Assembly: GCA_963769425.1 (NCBI GenBank)
Contig: CAVYLP010000006.1
Coordinates: 704,001 to 768,000 of the forward strand
Reading direction: 5' to 3'
DNA from: Candidatus Bathyarchaeota archaeon
Lineage (GTDB): Archaea; Thermoproteota; Bathyarchaeia; TCS64
DNA: 64,000 nt
The position numbers and the translations under genes are program-made. Shown here piece by piece: positions 49,727 to 59,298 of the stretch (its first letter is position 1; every line of letters starts with the position of its first letter). The notes under the pieces are model-generated. The model was not told the DNA's origin and ran no database searches. It saw only the letters and a list, made by a program, of their open reading frames with translations.

Positions 49727-50083
49727 TTGATTGGGGGCGACTGTAACCTGTCGGGCTACTGGGACAGATCCTTCATCGTGGGCTCGGCCAAGCTGCTGAT
49801 CTTATCCGTCCTGAGTAGGGGTCCGCTACACGGATACGGGGTCATAAAGGAGATCCGTGACCGCTCCGAGGGTTGCTGCACCATCACATCTGGGACGATC
49901 TACCCCGTCCTCCGTGAGTTAGAGAAGGAGGGACTCATAACAAGCACAGAAGGCGTGGTCTCAGGCAGATCCCGTGTCGTATACGAGTTGACCGAAGCTG
50001 GTCGAAGAGTGCTAGACGAGGGACTATCCAAGTGGGAGACGCATCAGCAGGGCGCTAGGAAGATACTTGGAAAGACATCATAG
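49727..50083 (+). CDS. PadR family regulator with vicinal CC
   Basis: PLHGYGVIKEI...EGCCTITSGTIYPVL..LE, YELTEAG. Confidence 0.92.
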   Translation: MIGGDCNLSGYWDRSFIVGSAKLLILSVLSRGPLHGYGVIKEIRDRSEGCCTITSGTIYPVLRELEKEGLITSTEGVVSGRSRVVYELTEAGRRVLDEGLSKWETHQQGARKILGKTS

Positions 50084-50170
50084 CTCATTGAACATTAAAT
50101 GAGAAGAAATTTGGGATGATGGTAGTTTCCATCGATAGCCTATACTTTGTTAAAAAGGAGATATTAGGGC

Positions 50171-50542
50171 CTACATCTTCGCCCCGGGCGCCGCCTGGTG
50201 GATGCCGAAGACGTTGCCCTCAGTGTCCACACAATAGGCCACCCAGCCCATGTTGGGTATCTCCATCTTCGGCCTCATCAGCATTCCCCCCGCCTTCTCG
50301 ACGGCCTTCACCGCCTTGTCGATGTCTTCGACCGAGATGGTGTTCCAGACGCTGTTGGGACCCATCCTCTTCATGATGGCGCCGTTGATGCCGGGCGTCT
50401 TGTCGTCACCAGTGGTAGCAAGGTAGTACTCCATGGCTGGGGAACCAAACTGCTCCATCTTCCAGCCAAAGACCTTCTTGTAGAACTCGTTCGCCCTCTT
50501 CACGTCGTCCGCGTGGATCTCAAACCAGTTTACTCTTCCCAT
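50171..50542 (-). CDS. VOC family protein
   Basis: VNWFEIHADD, GINGAI, DTEGNVFGI. Confidence 0.9.
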   Translation of the reverse strand: MGRVNWFEIHADDVKRANEFYKKVFGWKMEQFGSPAMEYYLATTGDDKTPGINGAIMKRMGPNSVWNTISVEDIDKAVKAVEKAGGMLMRPKMEIPNMGWVAYCVDTEGNVFGIHQAAPGAKM

Positions 50543-50638
50543 GTTGATCCCATTTTCTCGACCGGAACCGCGGTTAATATACCCGAAATCCACCCGATTT
50601 CGTCAAGCTATAACTAGAGGGCTTCCCCGCTGGAGCCC

Positions 50639-51181
50639 ATGAGCGGAAGTGAGGAAACCGTAACACTCGGCGGGGGATGCTTCTGGTGCACCGAGGCGGT
50701 CTTCGCACGCCTCAAGGGAGTCACTAGCGCCTTCCCCGGCTACAGCGGTGGCAAGATACCCACCCCTTCATACGAGCAGGTCTCCACGGGCAGGACGGGC
50801 CACGCCGAGGTCACCCAGATCACATACGACCCCTCCGTCATCAGCTTCCGTCAAATACTCGAGATATTCTTCGCCACACACGACCCCACGACGCTGAACA
50901 GGCAGGGAGCCGACGTGGGCACCCAGTACCGCTCCGTCATCTTCTACCATACGGAAGAGCAGAAGAAAGAGGCGGAGGCATATATCAAGGAGCTGACCGA
51001 GAAGAAGGCATTCGGCAGCCCCATAGTCACGGCGGTTGAACCCTTCAGGGCCTTCTACCCAGCCGAGGAGTACCACCAGAAATACTACGAGAGAAACAGG
51101 GAGGCCGCCTACTCCCAATACGTTATAGCCCCCAAAGTGGAGAAATTGGAGAAGAAATTCGGCGACAAGCTAAAGCGCTGA
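50639..51181 (+). CDS. msrA: Peptide-methionine (S)-S-oxide reductase
   Basis: [22 protein letters not shown]. Confidence 0.97.
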   Translation: MSGSEETVTLGGGCFWCTEAVFARLKGVTSAFPGYSGGKIPTPSYEQVSTGRTGHAEVTQITYDPSVISFRQILEIFFATHDPTTLNRQGADVGTQYRSVIFYHTEEQKKEAEAYIKELTEKKAFGSPIVTAVEPFRAFYPAEEYHQKYYERNREAAYSQYVIAPKVEKLEKKFGDKLKR

Positions 51182-51946
51182 GAAGAAGACCCGCAGACGA
51201 TTCTCCATCTCCCTACCCATCGCATAGACGTTGTGTTCAACACCCGGGAAGACATTAAGTTCAACCTCGCCGCCCGCTGCTCGCAGTGCCTCAGAGAGGG
51301 GAATAGCGTTCGTCTCCGCCGGGATGTTATGGTCCTTAGATCCGTGGAAGATCGCGACCCTTGGGAGCTTCGTCCCCCTCCTCATGGTCTTAAGCCTCGG
51401 CATCGGATCGCTGGGTTTTATGACTTTGTACGCATCCTCATCCGGCGTCTCCGGCGTGAAACCATATGCCTTGAGAGTGACATCCCTGAACTTCTTTTCC
51501 TTGATTGTAGCATCAAGATTGGCTACAGCCTGGAGCACCGCAGCGAGCTTAGCCCTCCCAGCAAGCGGGCCAAGAACAGAATTCCAGACAAGGGTCCCAC
51601 CAAGCCCCCCACCCATCAACCCGAGCCTCGACATATCTAGCCCTGGAGTAGCGTCGAGCTCCTTGAGAAGGGCCGCATTCGCCGCGACGGCGCATGGATT
51701 CCCCCAGTGGTCGCCGCAGGCATGACTACCCGCAACAACTATCCCGTTCTCCATAATCGCCCTCAGGAAGGTAGCCTTGGACTCCGTGTCAGGCCAATCC
51801 GCCGCACCCTCACGCACATACCCACCAGCACCGTGGTGGTGCATCAAAACTGGCGCCTTACCCCTAACCTTGAACCTCTTAGGGGTCCAGAGGTAGCACC
51901 ACTCCCCACCCGCCCTGAAGTAGACCCTCTGCTCACCATCCACCAA
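51170..51946 (-). CDS. Alpha/beta-hydrolase fold protein lacking the nucleophile Ser
   Basis: [27 protein letters not shown]; likely TTG start at 51946. Confidence 0.75.
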   Translation of the reverse strand: MVDGEQRVYFRAGGEWCYLWTPKRFKVRGKAPVLMHHHGAGGYVREGAADWPDTESKATFLRAIMENGIVVAGSHACGDHWGNPCAVAANAALLKELDATPGLDMSRLGLMGGGLGGTLVWNSVLGPLAGRAKLAAVLQAVANLDATIKEKKFRDVTLKAYGFTPETPDEDAYKVIKPSDPMPRLKTMRRGTKLPRVAIFHGSKDHNIPAETNAIPLSEALRAAGGEVELNVFPGVEHNVYAMGREMENRLRVFFSAL

Positions 51947-52046
51947 ATTAGGAACAGCCAAGAGAACACCCGAAAAGATCAGACCCGGTGCGCGTAAAAG
52001 ACCTGCGTCCGATGCCTTCAAAAACGCCGGGGTAAGAGCCTCCCCC

Positions 52047-53126
52047 ATGATAGACCTCTTCAAACCCTACGAGATAGGGGGACTAACCCTCAGGAACCGC
52101 TTCATCCGAAGCGCCACCACCAGCGCCTTCGCATACGAGAACGGTGTGGTCCGCCCCGAGATCATAAAACTATACGAGGGACTCGCGGAGGGCGGAGTCG
52201 GCCTCATCATCAAGGGCCACCTCTACGTCGACCCGCGGGGGAAGGCACATGAGGGGATGGCGGGCATCCACAGCGACGAGGTCGTCCCAAAACTACGGGA
52301 GCTCACCGACGCGGTCCACCGCCAGGGAGGCGCCATCCTCGCCCAGATAAACTACGGCGGGTACCAAGCAAGCGCCGGCGAGAGGATGGGCCCCAGCGAC
52401 TATACCGCGGAGGGCTGGAAGGCACGCGCCATGACGACCAGCGAAATCTGGGGCGTCGTCGACAAATTCGGGGAGGGCGCAGTGAGGGCCATAGACGCGG
52501 GCTTCGACGGCGTCCAACTCCACGCCGCCCACGGCTACCTCATCAGCGAGTTCCTCAGCAAACACGCCAACACTCGAACAGACGAGTGGGGAGGCGAACT
52601 CAAGAACAGGATGCGCCTCCTCAAGGAGGTCTACGAGGACGTACGCGGCCGACTCGGCCCCGAAGCAGTCATCGCCATGAAGATGAACTGCGACGACTTC
52701 AGCAGAGACGGATTCACAGTCGATGAGTCAGCACAGGTCGCCCAAGCCATGGCGATACGCGGCATGGATTTGATAGAGGTCAGCGGCGGAGGCATAGGCC
52801 GTGAGGACAGATACAAGGAGCGCGCCCGACACAGCGACCCCGCCCTCAGCGAGCCCAGCTTTGGCGGCCACTGCGAGAAGATACGCGCAGCCACGAAGCC
52901 CAAGCCCCTCGCACTCGTAAACGGCTTCAGAACGAGAGCAGCTATGCAAACCGTCATCGACAGGGGCATAGCCGACCTCATCAGCATGAGCCGCCCCTTC
53001 ATAAACGAGCCAGACCTCGTCAAGAGGTTACAGGGAGGGCAGGAGGAGGCGTCATGCATACGATGCGACGCCTGCGAGTCGGACAGCGTCTTCAGCAAGG
53101 AGATGCTGCGCTGCAGAATAGCCTGA
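52047..53126 (+). CDS. NADH:flavin oxidoreductase (old yellow enzyme family)
   Basis: LRNRFIRSAT, GFDGVQLHAAHGYL, RTDEWGG, CIRCDAC. Confidence 0.93.
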   Translation: MIDLFKPYEIGGLTLRNRFIRSATTSAFAYENGVVRPEIIKLYEGLAEGGVGLIIKGHLYVDPRGKAHEGMAGIHSDEVVPKLRELTDAVHRQGGAILAQINYGGYQASAGERMGPSDYTAEGWKARAMTTSEIWGVVDKFGEGAVRAIDAGFDGVQLHAAHGYLISEFLSKHANTRTDEWGGELKNRMRLLKEVYEDVRGRLGPEAVIAMKMNCDDFSRDGFTVDESAQVAQAMAIRGMDLIEVSGGGIGREDRYKERARHSDPALSEPSFGGHCEKIRAATKPKPLALVNGFRTRAAMQTVIDRGIADLISMSRPFINEPDLVKRLQGGQEEASCIRCDACESDSVFSKEMLRCRIA

Positions 53127-53129
53127 CAC

Positions 53130-54341
53130 TCACGGTGGCGAGGGGATCTGGCCCGCGTTGATAACCATGATTCCCTCAATCGGCGGCGCTACCCGGGCCA
53201 CGCTGAACATTGCCCCCGCCGCGTGGCTTCCCACCTCAGGGAACTTCATCAACCTTAGCCCAAAGGACTCGTCTACCCTAAAGAGTACCTGGTCGATGAT
53301 CCTCATGGGCTGCGATAGGTACCCACCAGCTAGGAAGAGGGTGCTCCCGAGGAGCACAGCCACCGCGAGCGTCTTCACTGCGTCCCCCGTCGAGTTCGTC
53401 TTCCCCCCTATGTGCCTGAGACGGGTGTCGAGGTTGGGATGGGCCGTGAACGCCGACTTGAGCGAGCCTATCTGCGAGTAGACGAAGAGACTCGTCGTCC
53501 AAGTGGTGAGTATGTTCGGCCTCGATTCGACCTTCACATTTGATATCTTTACGAGGGCGCTCTTCAGCTGCCTCGTCCGGGACATCAACTTGGCTCCGAC
53601 CTCGTCGGCTAAGTATTCCCTCTCCCTCGATATCATCGAGGTTGCGAGGTACGCGAAGGGGTTGTAGAAGAAGACGAGCTTCATCGACGTGACCACAGCC
53701 ATGAGGCTGAAGTCCCTGTTCTTTATGTGGGCGAGCTCGTGCGACGCGACGGCCTCAAGCTCCTTTTGGTCGAGGGTGTTGAGTATGCCCATTGTGAAGA
53801 CGACCATGGCGTTCCTCCCCCTCCCTACGGTGAAGGCGTTCGGCTGCAGGTGCTCCGTCAACCCCACGCGAGGCGTCTCTATCTTCATCCTCTTCGCCAC
53901 CTTCTCGACTAGGCTGTAGAGGCGAGGCTCGTCATCTACGCCGACCTCGACCACACCCTGCAGCCGCTTGACGATTGATATGCTGAAGATATTCGAGACG
54001 AGGAACGTGGCTGCCCCGAAGATGAGGCCGACGACGCAGAGGACGCCCACGTAGTTCACCTCGACCACCTTCTTGATCTCCAATTGAGGTACTCCTGGGA
54101 ACTGCATGAAGACGCCTTCGACCATTATCCGCGTGAACCAGATGGAGGGCGTGAAGAGAACGTACATTACGAGCGGAGTCACTAGGGCCAGGCAGAAGTA
54201 TAGGCTCCTTACCTTGGGGTTGTTAAGGTGCAGTACCCTCATCAGCACGTAGGAGACGCCGAGGACTACGGCGGAGGTTAGTACCACCTGGAGAAGCGGA
54301 GGCATCGTGACGATTCTGAGGACCTCGTTAAACAAGTCCAT
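53130..54341 (-). CDS. BlaR1/M56 (M48-like) membrane zinc metallopeptidase
   Basis: PNAF, HELAH, REYLAD, HP...R; downstream of the BlaI-like gene. Confidence 0.88.
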   Translation of the reverse strand: MDLFNEVLRIVTMPPLLQVVLTSAVVLGVSYVLMRVLHLNNPKVRSLYFCLALVTPLVMYVLFTPSIWFTRIMVEGVFMQFPGVPQLEIKKVVEVNYVGVLCVVGLIFGAATFLVSNIFSISIVKRLQGVVEVGVDDEPRLYSLVEKVAKRMKIETPRVGLTEHLQPNAFTVGRGRNAMVVFTMGILNTLDQKELEAVASHELAHIKNRDFSLMAVVTSMKLVFFYNPFAYLATSMISREREYLADEVGAKLMSRTRQLKSALVKISNVKVESRPNILTTWTTSLFVYSQIGSLKSAFTAHPNLDTRLRHIGGKTNSTGDAVKTLAVAVLLGSTLFLAGGYLSQPMRIIDQVLFRVDESFGLRLMKFPEVGSHAAGAMFSVARVAPPIEGIMVINAGQIPSPP

Positions 54342-54346
54342 GTTTT

Positions 54347-54751
54347 CTACGCCTTCTTCTCTTTAGATTCTGTTGTCTTCATCTCGACGAGGTAAGACGT
54401 GACGGCTTCGCCGAAATTCTTTACGAGGCTGTCCATTATATGCTTCACTGCCGAACGCTCGATCTCGGATCGGCTCATCTTAGGCCAGTAGACGTAGAGG
54501 AGGCCCCCCCTTCCCTCGGTCACCTTTCTGTCCAGTATGCTTTTTTCGTATAAGGTGTTCATCGTGGACATGACCGTGGTGTAGGCGATCTTCCTCTCGC
54601 CTTTCATCCGCTCGTAGATCTCCCGCACCCTTACAGGTTTCCCGATCTCGTATACGGAGACTAGGACATCTGCTTCCAGTGGGCCGAGTATGGCTTCGAG
54701 ATCTTTAGCGTCCGGCCGATAGCCGGAGGGAGCGTAGCTATCATTAGACAT
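54347..54751 (-). CDS. BlaI/MecI/CopY family repressor
   Basis: LGPLEADVL, IAYTTVMSTMNTLYEK. Confidence 0.92.
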   Translation of the reverse strand: MSNDSYAPSGYRPDAKDLEAILGPLEADVLVSVYEIGKPVRVREIYERMKGERKIAYTTVMSTMNTLYEKSILDRKVTEGRGGLLYVYWPKMSRSEIERSAVKHIMDSLVKNFGEAVTSYLVEMKTTESKEKKA

Positions 54752-54756
54752 CCTAC

Positions 54757-54786
54757 TATCTGCCTTAGTAATTACTATGGCAGATA
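54757..54786. promoter_or_regulatory. 30-bp palindromic operator, probable BlaI-family site
   Basis: TATCTGCCTTAGTAA|TTACTATGGCAGATA, one mismatched pair, 5 bp from the repressor start codon in a divergent promoter. Confidence 0.75.
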
Positions 54787-54849
54787 AAAACCTTTATATT
54801 ACCTACTACACCTTCCACCAGTAGCTACTAACATGCTTAGGAGGTAAGA

Positions 54850-55593
54850 GTGCTGAACGCTGTGATCGAGATAAAGAACCTCACGAAAAAATATGGCGAT
54901 TTCATGGCCGTCGACCACGTGACCTATAACATCGAGGAGGGCGAGATATTCGGGCTTCTCGGACCTAACGGCGCGGGGAAGACAACCACGATCTTAATGC
55001 TACTCGGACTCATCCCACCGACAGAAGGTACAGCAATCGTAAACGGGGCCGACATCAGGGAGAAACCGCTTGAGGCAAGGAGGAACGTTGGTCTACTACC
55101 CGAGGGGGCGGGCTTCTACGAGAACCTGAACGCGAGGCAGAATCTCAGCTTCTACGCCGAGCTCGCCGAGGTCCCTACAAGTGTTGCCAAGGAGAGAGTC
55201 GAGAAACTGATCGACATGGTTGGCCTCGGAACGAAGAGGGACGTAAAGGTCGGAGCCTACTCCAGAGGAATGAAGCAGAGGCTAGGCATAGCCCAATCAC
55301 TGGTAAGGGACCCCAAGATCCTCATTCTCGACGAGCCCACGCAGGGAATCGACCCTGAGGGTACACGAGACTTCAGGGAACTCATCAGAATGCTGTCGAA
55401 GGAAAAAGGAATGACAATAATCTTCACAACCCACGTACTATACGAGGTCAACAAGCTCTGCGACAGGGTCGCCATAATGAAGAGTGGGACCATCGCCGGG
55501 CTGGGCACCATACCCGAGCTACGCAAGCAGGTAAACGCCACGGAGGGGGAGGACTTCGAGCAGGTCTTCCTCCGGTACCAGGGGGTAGTCTAG
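54850..55593 (+). CDS. ABC transporter ATP-binding protein
   Basis: GPNGAGKTT, YSRGMKQR, LDEP. Confidence 0.95.
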   Translation: MLNAVIEIKNLTKKYGDFMAVDHVTYNIEEGEIFGLLGPNGAGKTTTILMLLGLIPPTEGTAIVNGADIREKPLEARRNVGLLPEGAGFYENLNARQNLSFYAELAEVPTSVAKERVEKLIDMVGLGTKRDVKVGAYSRGMKQRLGIAQSLVRDPKILILDEPTQGIDPEGTRDFRELIRMLSKEKGMTIIFTTHVLYEVNKLCDRVAIMKSGTIAGLGTIPELRKQVNATEGEDFEQVFLRYQGVV

Positions 55594-55594
55594 G

Positions 55595-56569
55595 ATGGCC
55601 GGACTATTCACAATGGCGAAGAAGGAGTTCCTCGACATAATCGGGGAAAAGAAGTTCTTACTCATATTCGCCACTCTACTCATAGTCGTACTCGTATCCA
55701 CATTCCAGGGCGGCCTCAGCTACAGCAGTTCTCAGTCGACTTCAGTGACTGTGATTACCGGTAACTCCACGAGGCCCGGCGGAGGGGGGCAAGGAAACTT
55801 CGCCTTCGGCTCGGCCCAGAGCCTATCCAATTCCCTCAGCAGCATGATCACAAACTTCAGCCTAGTTGGCGGAGTCCTAGCCATCGCAATCAGCTTCGAC
55901 ACGATAAACAACGAGCGACAGAAGGGCTCGCTGAAGACCCTTCTCTCTTATCCGATCTACCGCGATACAATCGTCTATGGCAAGTACCTCGGTGGCCTAA
56001 TCGCTGTCACCCTAGTCGCGACTATAACCTTCCTCGCGGGGATAGGCGTCTTCGTCAGCGTGACGGGCCTCGCTATGACGATGGACACGGTTATCCGTCT
56101 CCTCATCTTCTTTGGAGTCTCTCTAGTCTACATGGCTATTTTCCTAGCCGTGGGGCTGTTACTCTCCATAGTACTCCCCCTTCCCTCCACCTCCCTACTC
56201 GCATCGATGATAGTGTGGCTATCCTCGATACAGCTCATACCAAACATCGGCTACGCAATAGGCCAGATACTCTACCCCGTCAGGTTCAGCCTGACAAATG
56301 GTAGACCCTCATTCGCCACACAGACCGGATTCACGACCATCAGAGCAATAATCTCAGGCCTCTCCCCGTCAACAGCCTACGAGAATATAGTAAACTCGAT
56401 ACTCACGACCAATGAACTCCGATTCACCAGCGGCTCACCGACGATGATCTCCGTAAACGTGACACAGGCAATTGCAACATCTCTCCCCAGTCTACTTTAC
56501 TTCGTCGGCCTCCTCATCGCCATCTTCGCCGCCGCCTACGTGATCTTCACACGCCAGGAAATCCGGTGA
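55595..56569 (+). CDS. ABC-2 type permease
   Basis: KKEF, ERQKGSLKTLLSYP, GK motif, multiple TM helices. Confidence 0.9.
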   Translation: MAGLFTMAKKEFLDIIGEKKFLLIFATLLIVVLVSTFQGGLSYSSSQSTSVTVITGNSTRPGGGGQGNFAFGSAQSLSNSLSSMITNFSLVGGVLAIAISFDTINNERQKGSLKTLLSYPIYRDTIVYGKYLGGLIAVTLVATITFLAGIGVFVSVTGLAMTMDTVIRLLIFFGVSLVYMAIFLAVGLLLSIVLPLPSTSLLASMIVWLSSIQLIPNIGYAIGQILYPVRFSLTNGRPSFATQTGFTTIRAIISGLSPSTAYENIVNSILTTNELRFTSGSPTMISVNVTQAIATSLPSLLYFVGLLIAIFAAAYVIFTRQEIR

Positions 56570-58347
56570 TCAAAATGTCCACACAGAAGAAAACTAGTCT
56601 ATTAACACGCTTCTTGGCCCTCGTGGTGTTGCTAGGGATGCTATCGACTCCCCTGGCTATGGTCCACTCGGACACAAGTTACACGATCACGGGCACAATC
56701 GTCGACTCGGTTGGTAACCCCATCAGCGGGGTTACCCTGACCGTTTACACGACATCAAACATTGTGACAAGCAGCAACCTCATTGGCCAGTTTGTCAAGA
56801 CCGCAGTCACAGACGCAGACGGTGCTTTCACGCTAAGCCTCGACCGAGCCGCCTATACGGTGGTTCTCAGCAAAACGGGTTATCAGTCTGCGACCCTAAC
56901 CGTGAACCTCAACACCGCGACAGAGTTCAACTACGACGTAAAGAAGCTGGTCCTTAATGCAAGCATCAGCGCGCTGGTGACGGCTTCGACCCTGGAGATA
57001 CACGCTGGCGAGACGCTGAATATCCCAGTGACCATAAAAAACACTGGGGACGCTGAGACAGAGACGATCACCGCCGTCATCGACAGCAGCTACACAACAA
57101 CGATCCTCAATCAGGATGGACAGCAGGTTCAGAGCGTCTATGTCCCCGCCTCCGGTACAGTCACGGTGAATGTCGAGGTGACAGCGCCCCTCAAGGCAAC
57201 CGACTCAGACCTAACAATAAGAGTCCTCGGTAACCTCGAGAATGAGAATATAGTCCACCTCAAAGTCATCGAAGCAAGTGGCAGCGTCCTCAGCAGCACG
57301 TACCCCGGTAAGGTAGCTATGCCTAGCGACGTATTCACATTCGCAGTGGCGGTAAAGAACCCATACTACTACACACAGACATTCACCATCGACCTCAGCT
57401 CTCCGAGCGGCTGGAGCCTATACGCAACAAACGACAAGGGCGAAAAAATCAACTCGGTGACCCTCGGCGCAGGAGAGTCCGTGAACATCCAGGTGACCGG
57501 CAACGTACCAAGCAACTCCACGCCGGGCGACTATCCATTCACAATCAAGGCATCAGCCAACGGAAACACGGTGTCACTACCCCTCACCCTCACCGTGAGC
57601 AACGTGAGCGCGGGACTGACAGTGACCTCCAAGTACCCGTCGCAGACTATCGCCCTCGGAAAGGCGACTGTCTACCCGCTTACGATCACTAATCCCGGGA
57701 CTAAGCAGCTCGTCACCCTCAAAGCGGAGGGTGTTCCGAGCGGCTGGACCGTCGCCTTCCTCACGAGCGAGGGTAAGCAGATAAACTCGATACTCGTCGA
57801 CGCGGAGACATCCGAGTCGGTGAACCTGCAGGTTACTCCGGCGCTAAGCAGCGACAAGAACTCCTACTCCTTCGCCGTGACCGCCCAGGGCGACTACAGC
57901 AGCGGGAAGATCGCGTTGGACGCAAGCATAGGTGGCTCCTTCGGCCTCACAATGGCAGTTGACTCCCTATACTTTGCCACAAACGCCGGCTCAACATATA
58001 CGGAGACCGTCACACTGACCAACACCGGCTATTCCTCAATCAACAACCTTGAGCTGTCCCTCACCTATCCCAGTGGGTGGACTGTAACGGCGACACCAAT
58101 CAAGGTGACGACCCTCGACCCAAACTCAAAGGCGACCTTCACGCTGACGATTAATCCCCCAAGTGGCACAGCGGCTCAAGACTACCTCGTCCAGCTCACC
58201 GCGACGTCCGATGAGGTGGCGACCGACCAGCAGTCCATCAGGGTTACAGTCAACGTTGAGTCGTCCTGGAGCATCTATGGGATAATCCTCCTCGTCGTCG
58301 CTGCAGGGGTCTTCGCCCTCTTATACAAGAAACTGAAGAGGCGGTGA
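56566..58347 (+). CDS. NEW3-domain (COG1470-like) exported protein with carboxypeptidase-regulatory-like domain
   Basis: Signal peptide, repeated N.G...P.GW....G.Y Ig-like modules, C-terminal TM plus KKLKRR. Confidence 0.85.
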   Translation: MIKMSTQKKTSLLTRFLALVVLLGMLSTPLAMVHSDTSYTITGTIVDSVGNPISGVTLTVYTTSNIVTSSNLIGQFVKTAVTDADGAFTLSLDRAAYTVVLSKTGYQSATLTVNLNTATEFNYDVKKLVLNASISALVTASTLEIHAGETLNIPVTIKNTGDAETETITAVIDSSYTTTILNQDGQQVQSVYVPASGTVTVNVEVTAPLKATDSDLTIRVLGNLENENIVHLKVIEASGSVLSSTYPGKVAMPSDVFTFAVAVKNPYYYTQTFTIDLSSPSGWSLYATNDKGEKINSVTLGAGESVNIQVTGNVPSNSTPGDYPFTIKASANGNTVSLPLTLTVSNVSAGLTVTSKYPSQTIALGKATVYPLTITNPGTKQLVTLKAEGVPSGWTVAFLTSEGKQINSILVDAETSESVNLQVTPALSSDKNSYSFAVTAQGDYSSGKIALDASIGGSFGLTMAVDSLYFATNAGSTYTETVTLTNTGYSSINNLELSLTYPSGWTVTATPIKVTTLDPNSKATFTLTINPPSGTAAQDYLVQLTATSDEVATDQQSIRVTVNVESSWSIYGIILLVVAAGVFALLYKKLKRR

Positions 58348-58624
58348 AAAACAAGACACATACTTAGTAGTACCTAATATCTGCCAAGAATAACGCCCCT
58401 TTTTTCATCAAGATCTATAACACCGCTCTCTCAGGGAGGAACGCCGCGAAGCTGATCTTGAAGGATTTGTAGATTATCCAATCATTCGTTAGAATGGGTA
58501 TATGACCACAACCTCCGCGCCGATATGCTACTAGGAATTACCTTAGTCTCATCTTGTGAAAGACCTCTACTGGTGCAGGGATGGGATATGAGATCAGTAA
58601 TGAGATGATTGATTCTATGTACCT

Positions 58625-59140
58625 GCTGCTAGGAACAGATGCATGGAAAAATCGTTATCCCATCCTACTAGGAACCCGACTCCATGCTACTAGGAACACA
58701 GACACCGCCACAAGGAACAATGACGCCGCTACATGGAACACGTGACCCCGCTGCTAGGAACAGCCAGACACCGCCACACGGAACATTGACCCCATAGCTA
58801 GGAACACATGACGCCGCTACTAGGAACAGTGACGCCGCCACTAGGAACACTGTCCCATCCACGGGGACAGCTAGGCGATTGCTCCCTATACCCGCTGCAA
58901 GGAATTGAGGCGGCGGAAAATCGTTATCCTATGCTACAGGGAATCCCATTCCTAGCTACAGGGAAGAAACTACCAGCTACAAGGAAGAAAATACCCGCTA
59001 CCAGGAAGAAAGTTCCAGCTACTAGGAAGAAGACAATACCAGCTACTAGGAATTGAATTCCAGCTACTAGGAAGAAAATACACGCTACAGGGAAGAAGAC
59101 ATACCAGCTACAAGGAAGTAAATTCCAGCTACGAGGAATA
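58625..59140. repeat. Two adjacent degenerate tandem arrays of 21-24 bp units (core GCTACWAGGAA), each preceded by a shared leader
   Basis: About 9-10 units at 58664-58868 and 10 units at 58933-59138; leader GGAAAA(A)TCGTTATCC at 58645 and 58915. Confidence 0.9.
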
Positions 59141-59298
59141 CGAGTCAGAGGAGTGGGCCATGCGAGGAAGTACGTATTCACGGATATTGAGCGGAGTAGG
59201 CTTGGTGGTTCGAACTTCGAATCTATATTATTGATACAGAACCGCTTTAACATGCCAATCCAAGGAAGTTGTTTGCGATTGACGGGGGTCATTCCAAA

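Noticed and set aside
58625-59140. CRISPR array or TIGR-type guide array interpretation of the repeats
   Set aside because: The conserved core is only about 11 bp, linkers are about 10 bp and similar to each other rather than unique, and no cas or Nop-domain gene is adjacent; the cas1 relic is 34 kb away
59153-59230. Fragment RKYVFTDIERSRL next to the arrays, reminiscent of small archaeal proteins
   Set aside because: Too short and apparently broken; cannot be assigned without a search
58668-59292. ORFs 58668..58862, 58808..59056 and 58924..59292 over the repeats
   Set aside because: Low-complexity translations of the DNA repeat; unit lengths are often not multiples of three
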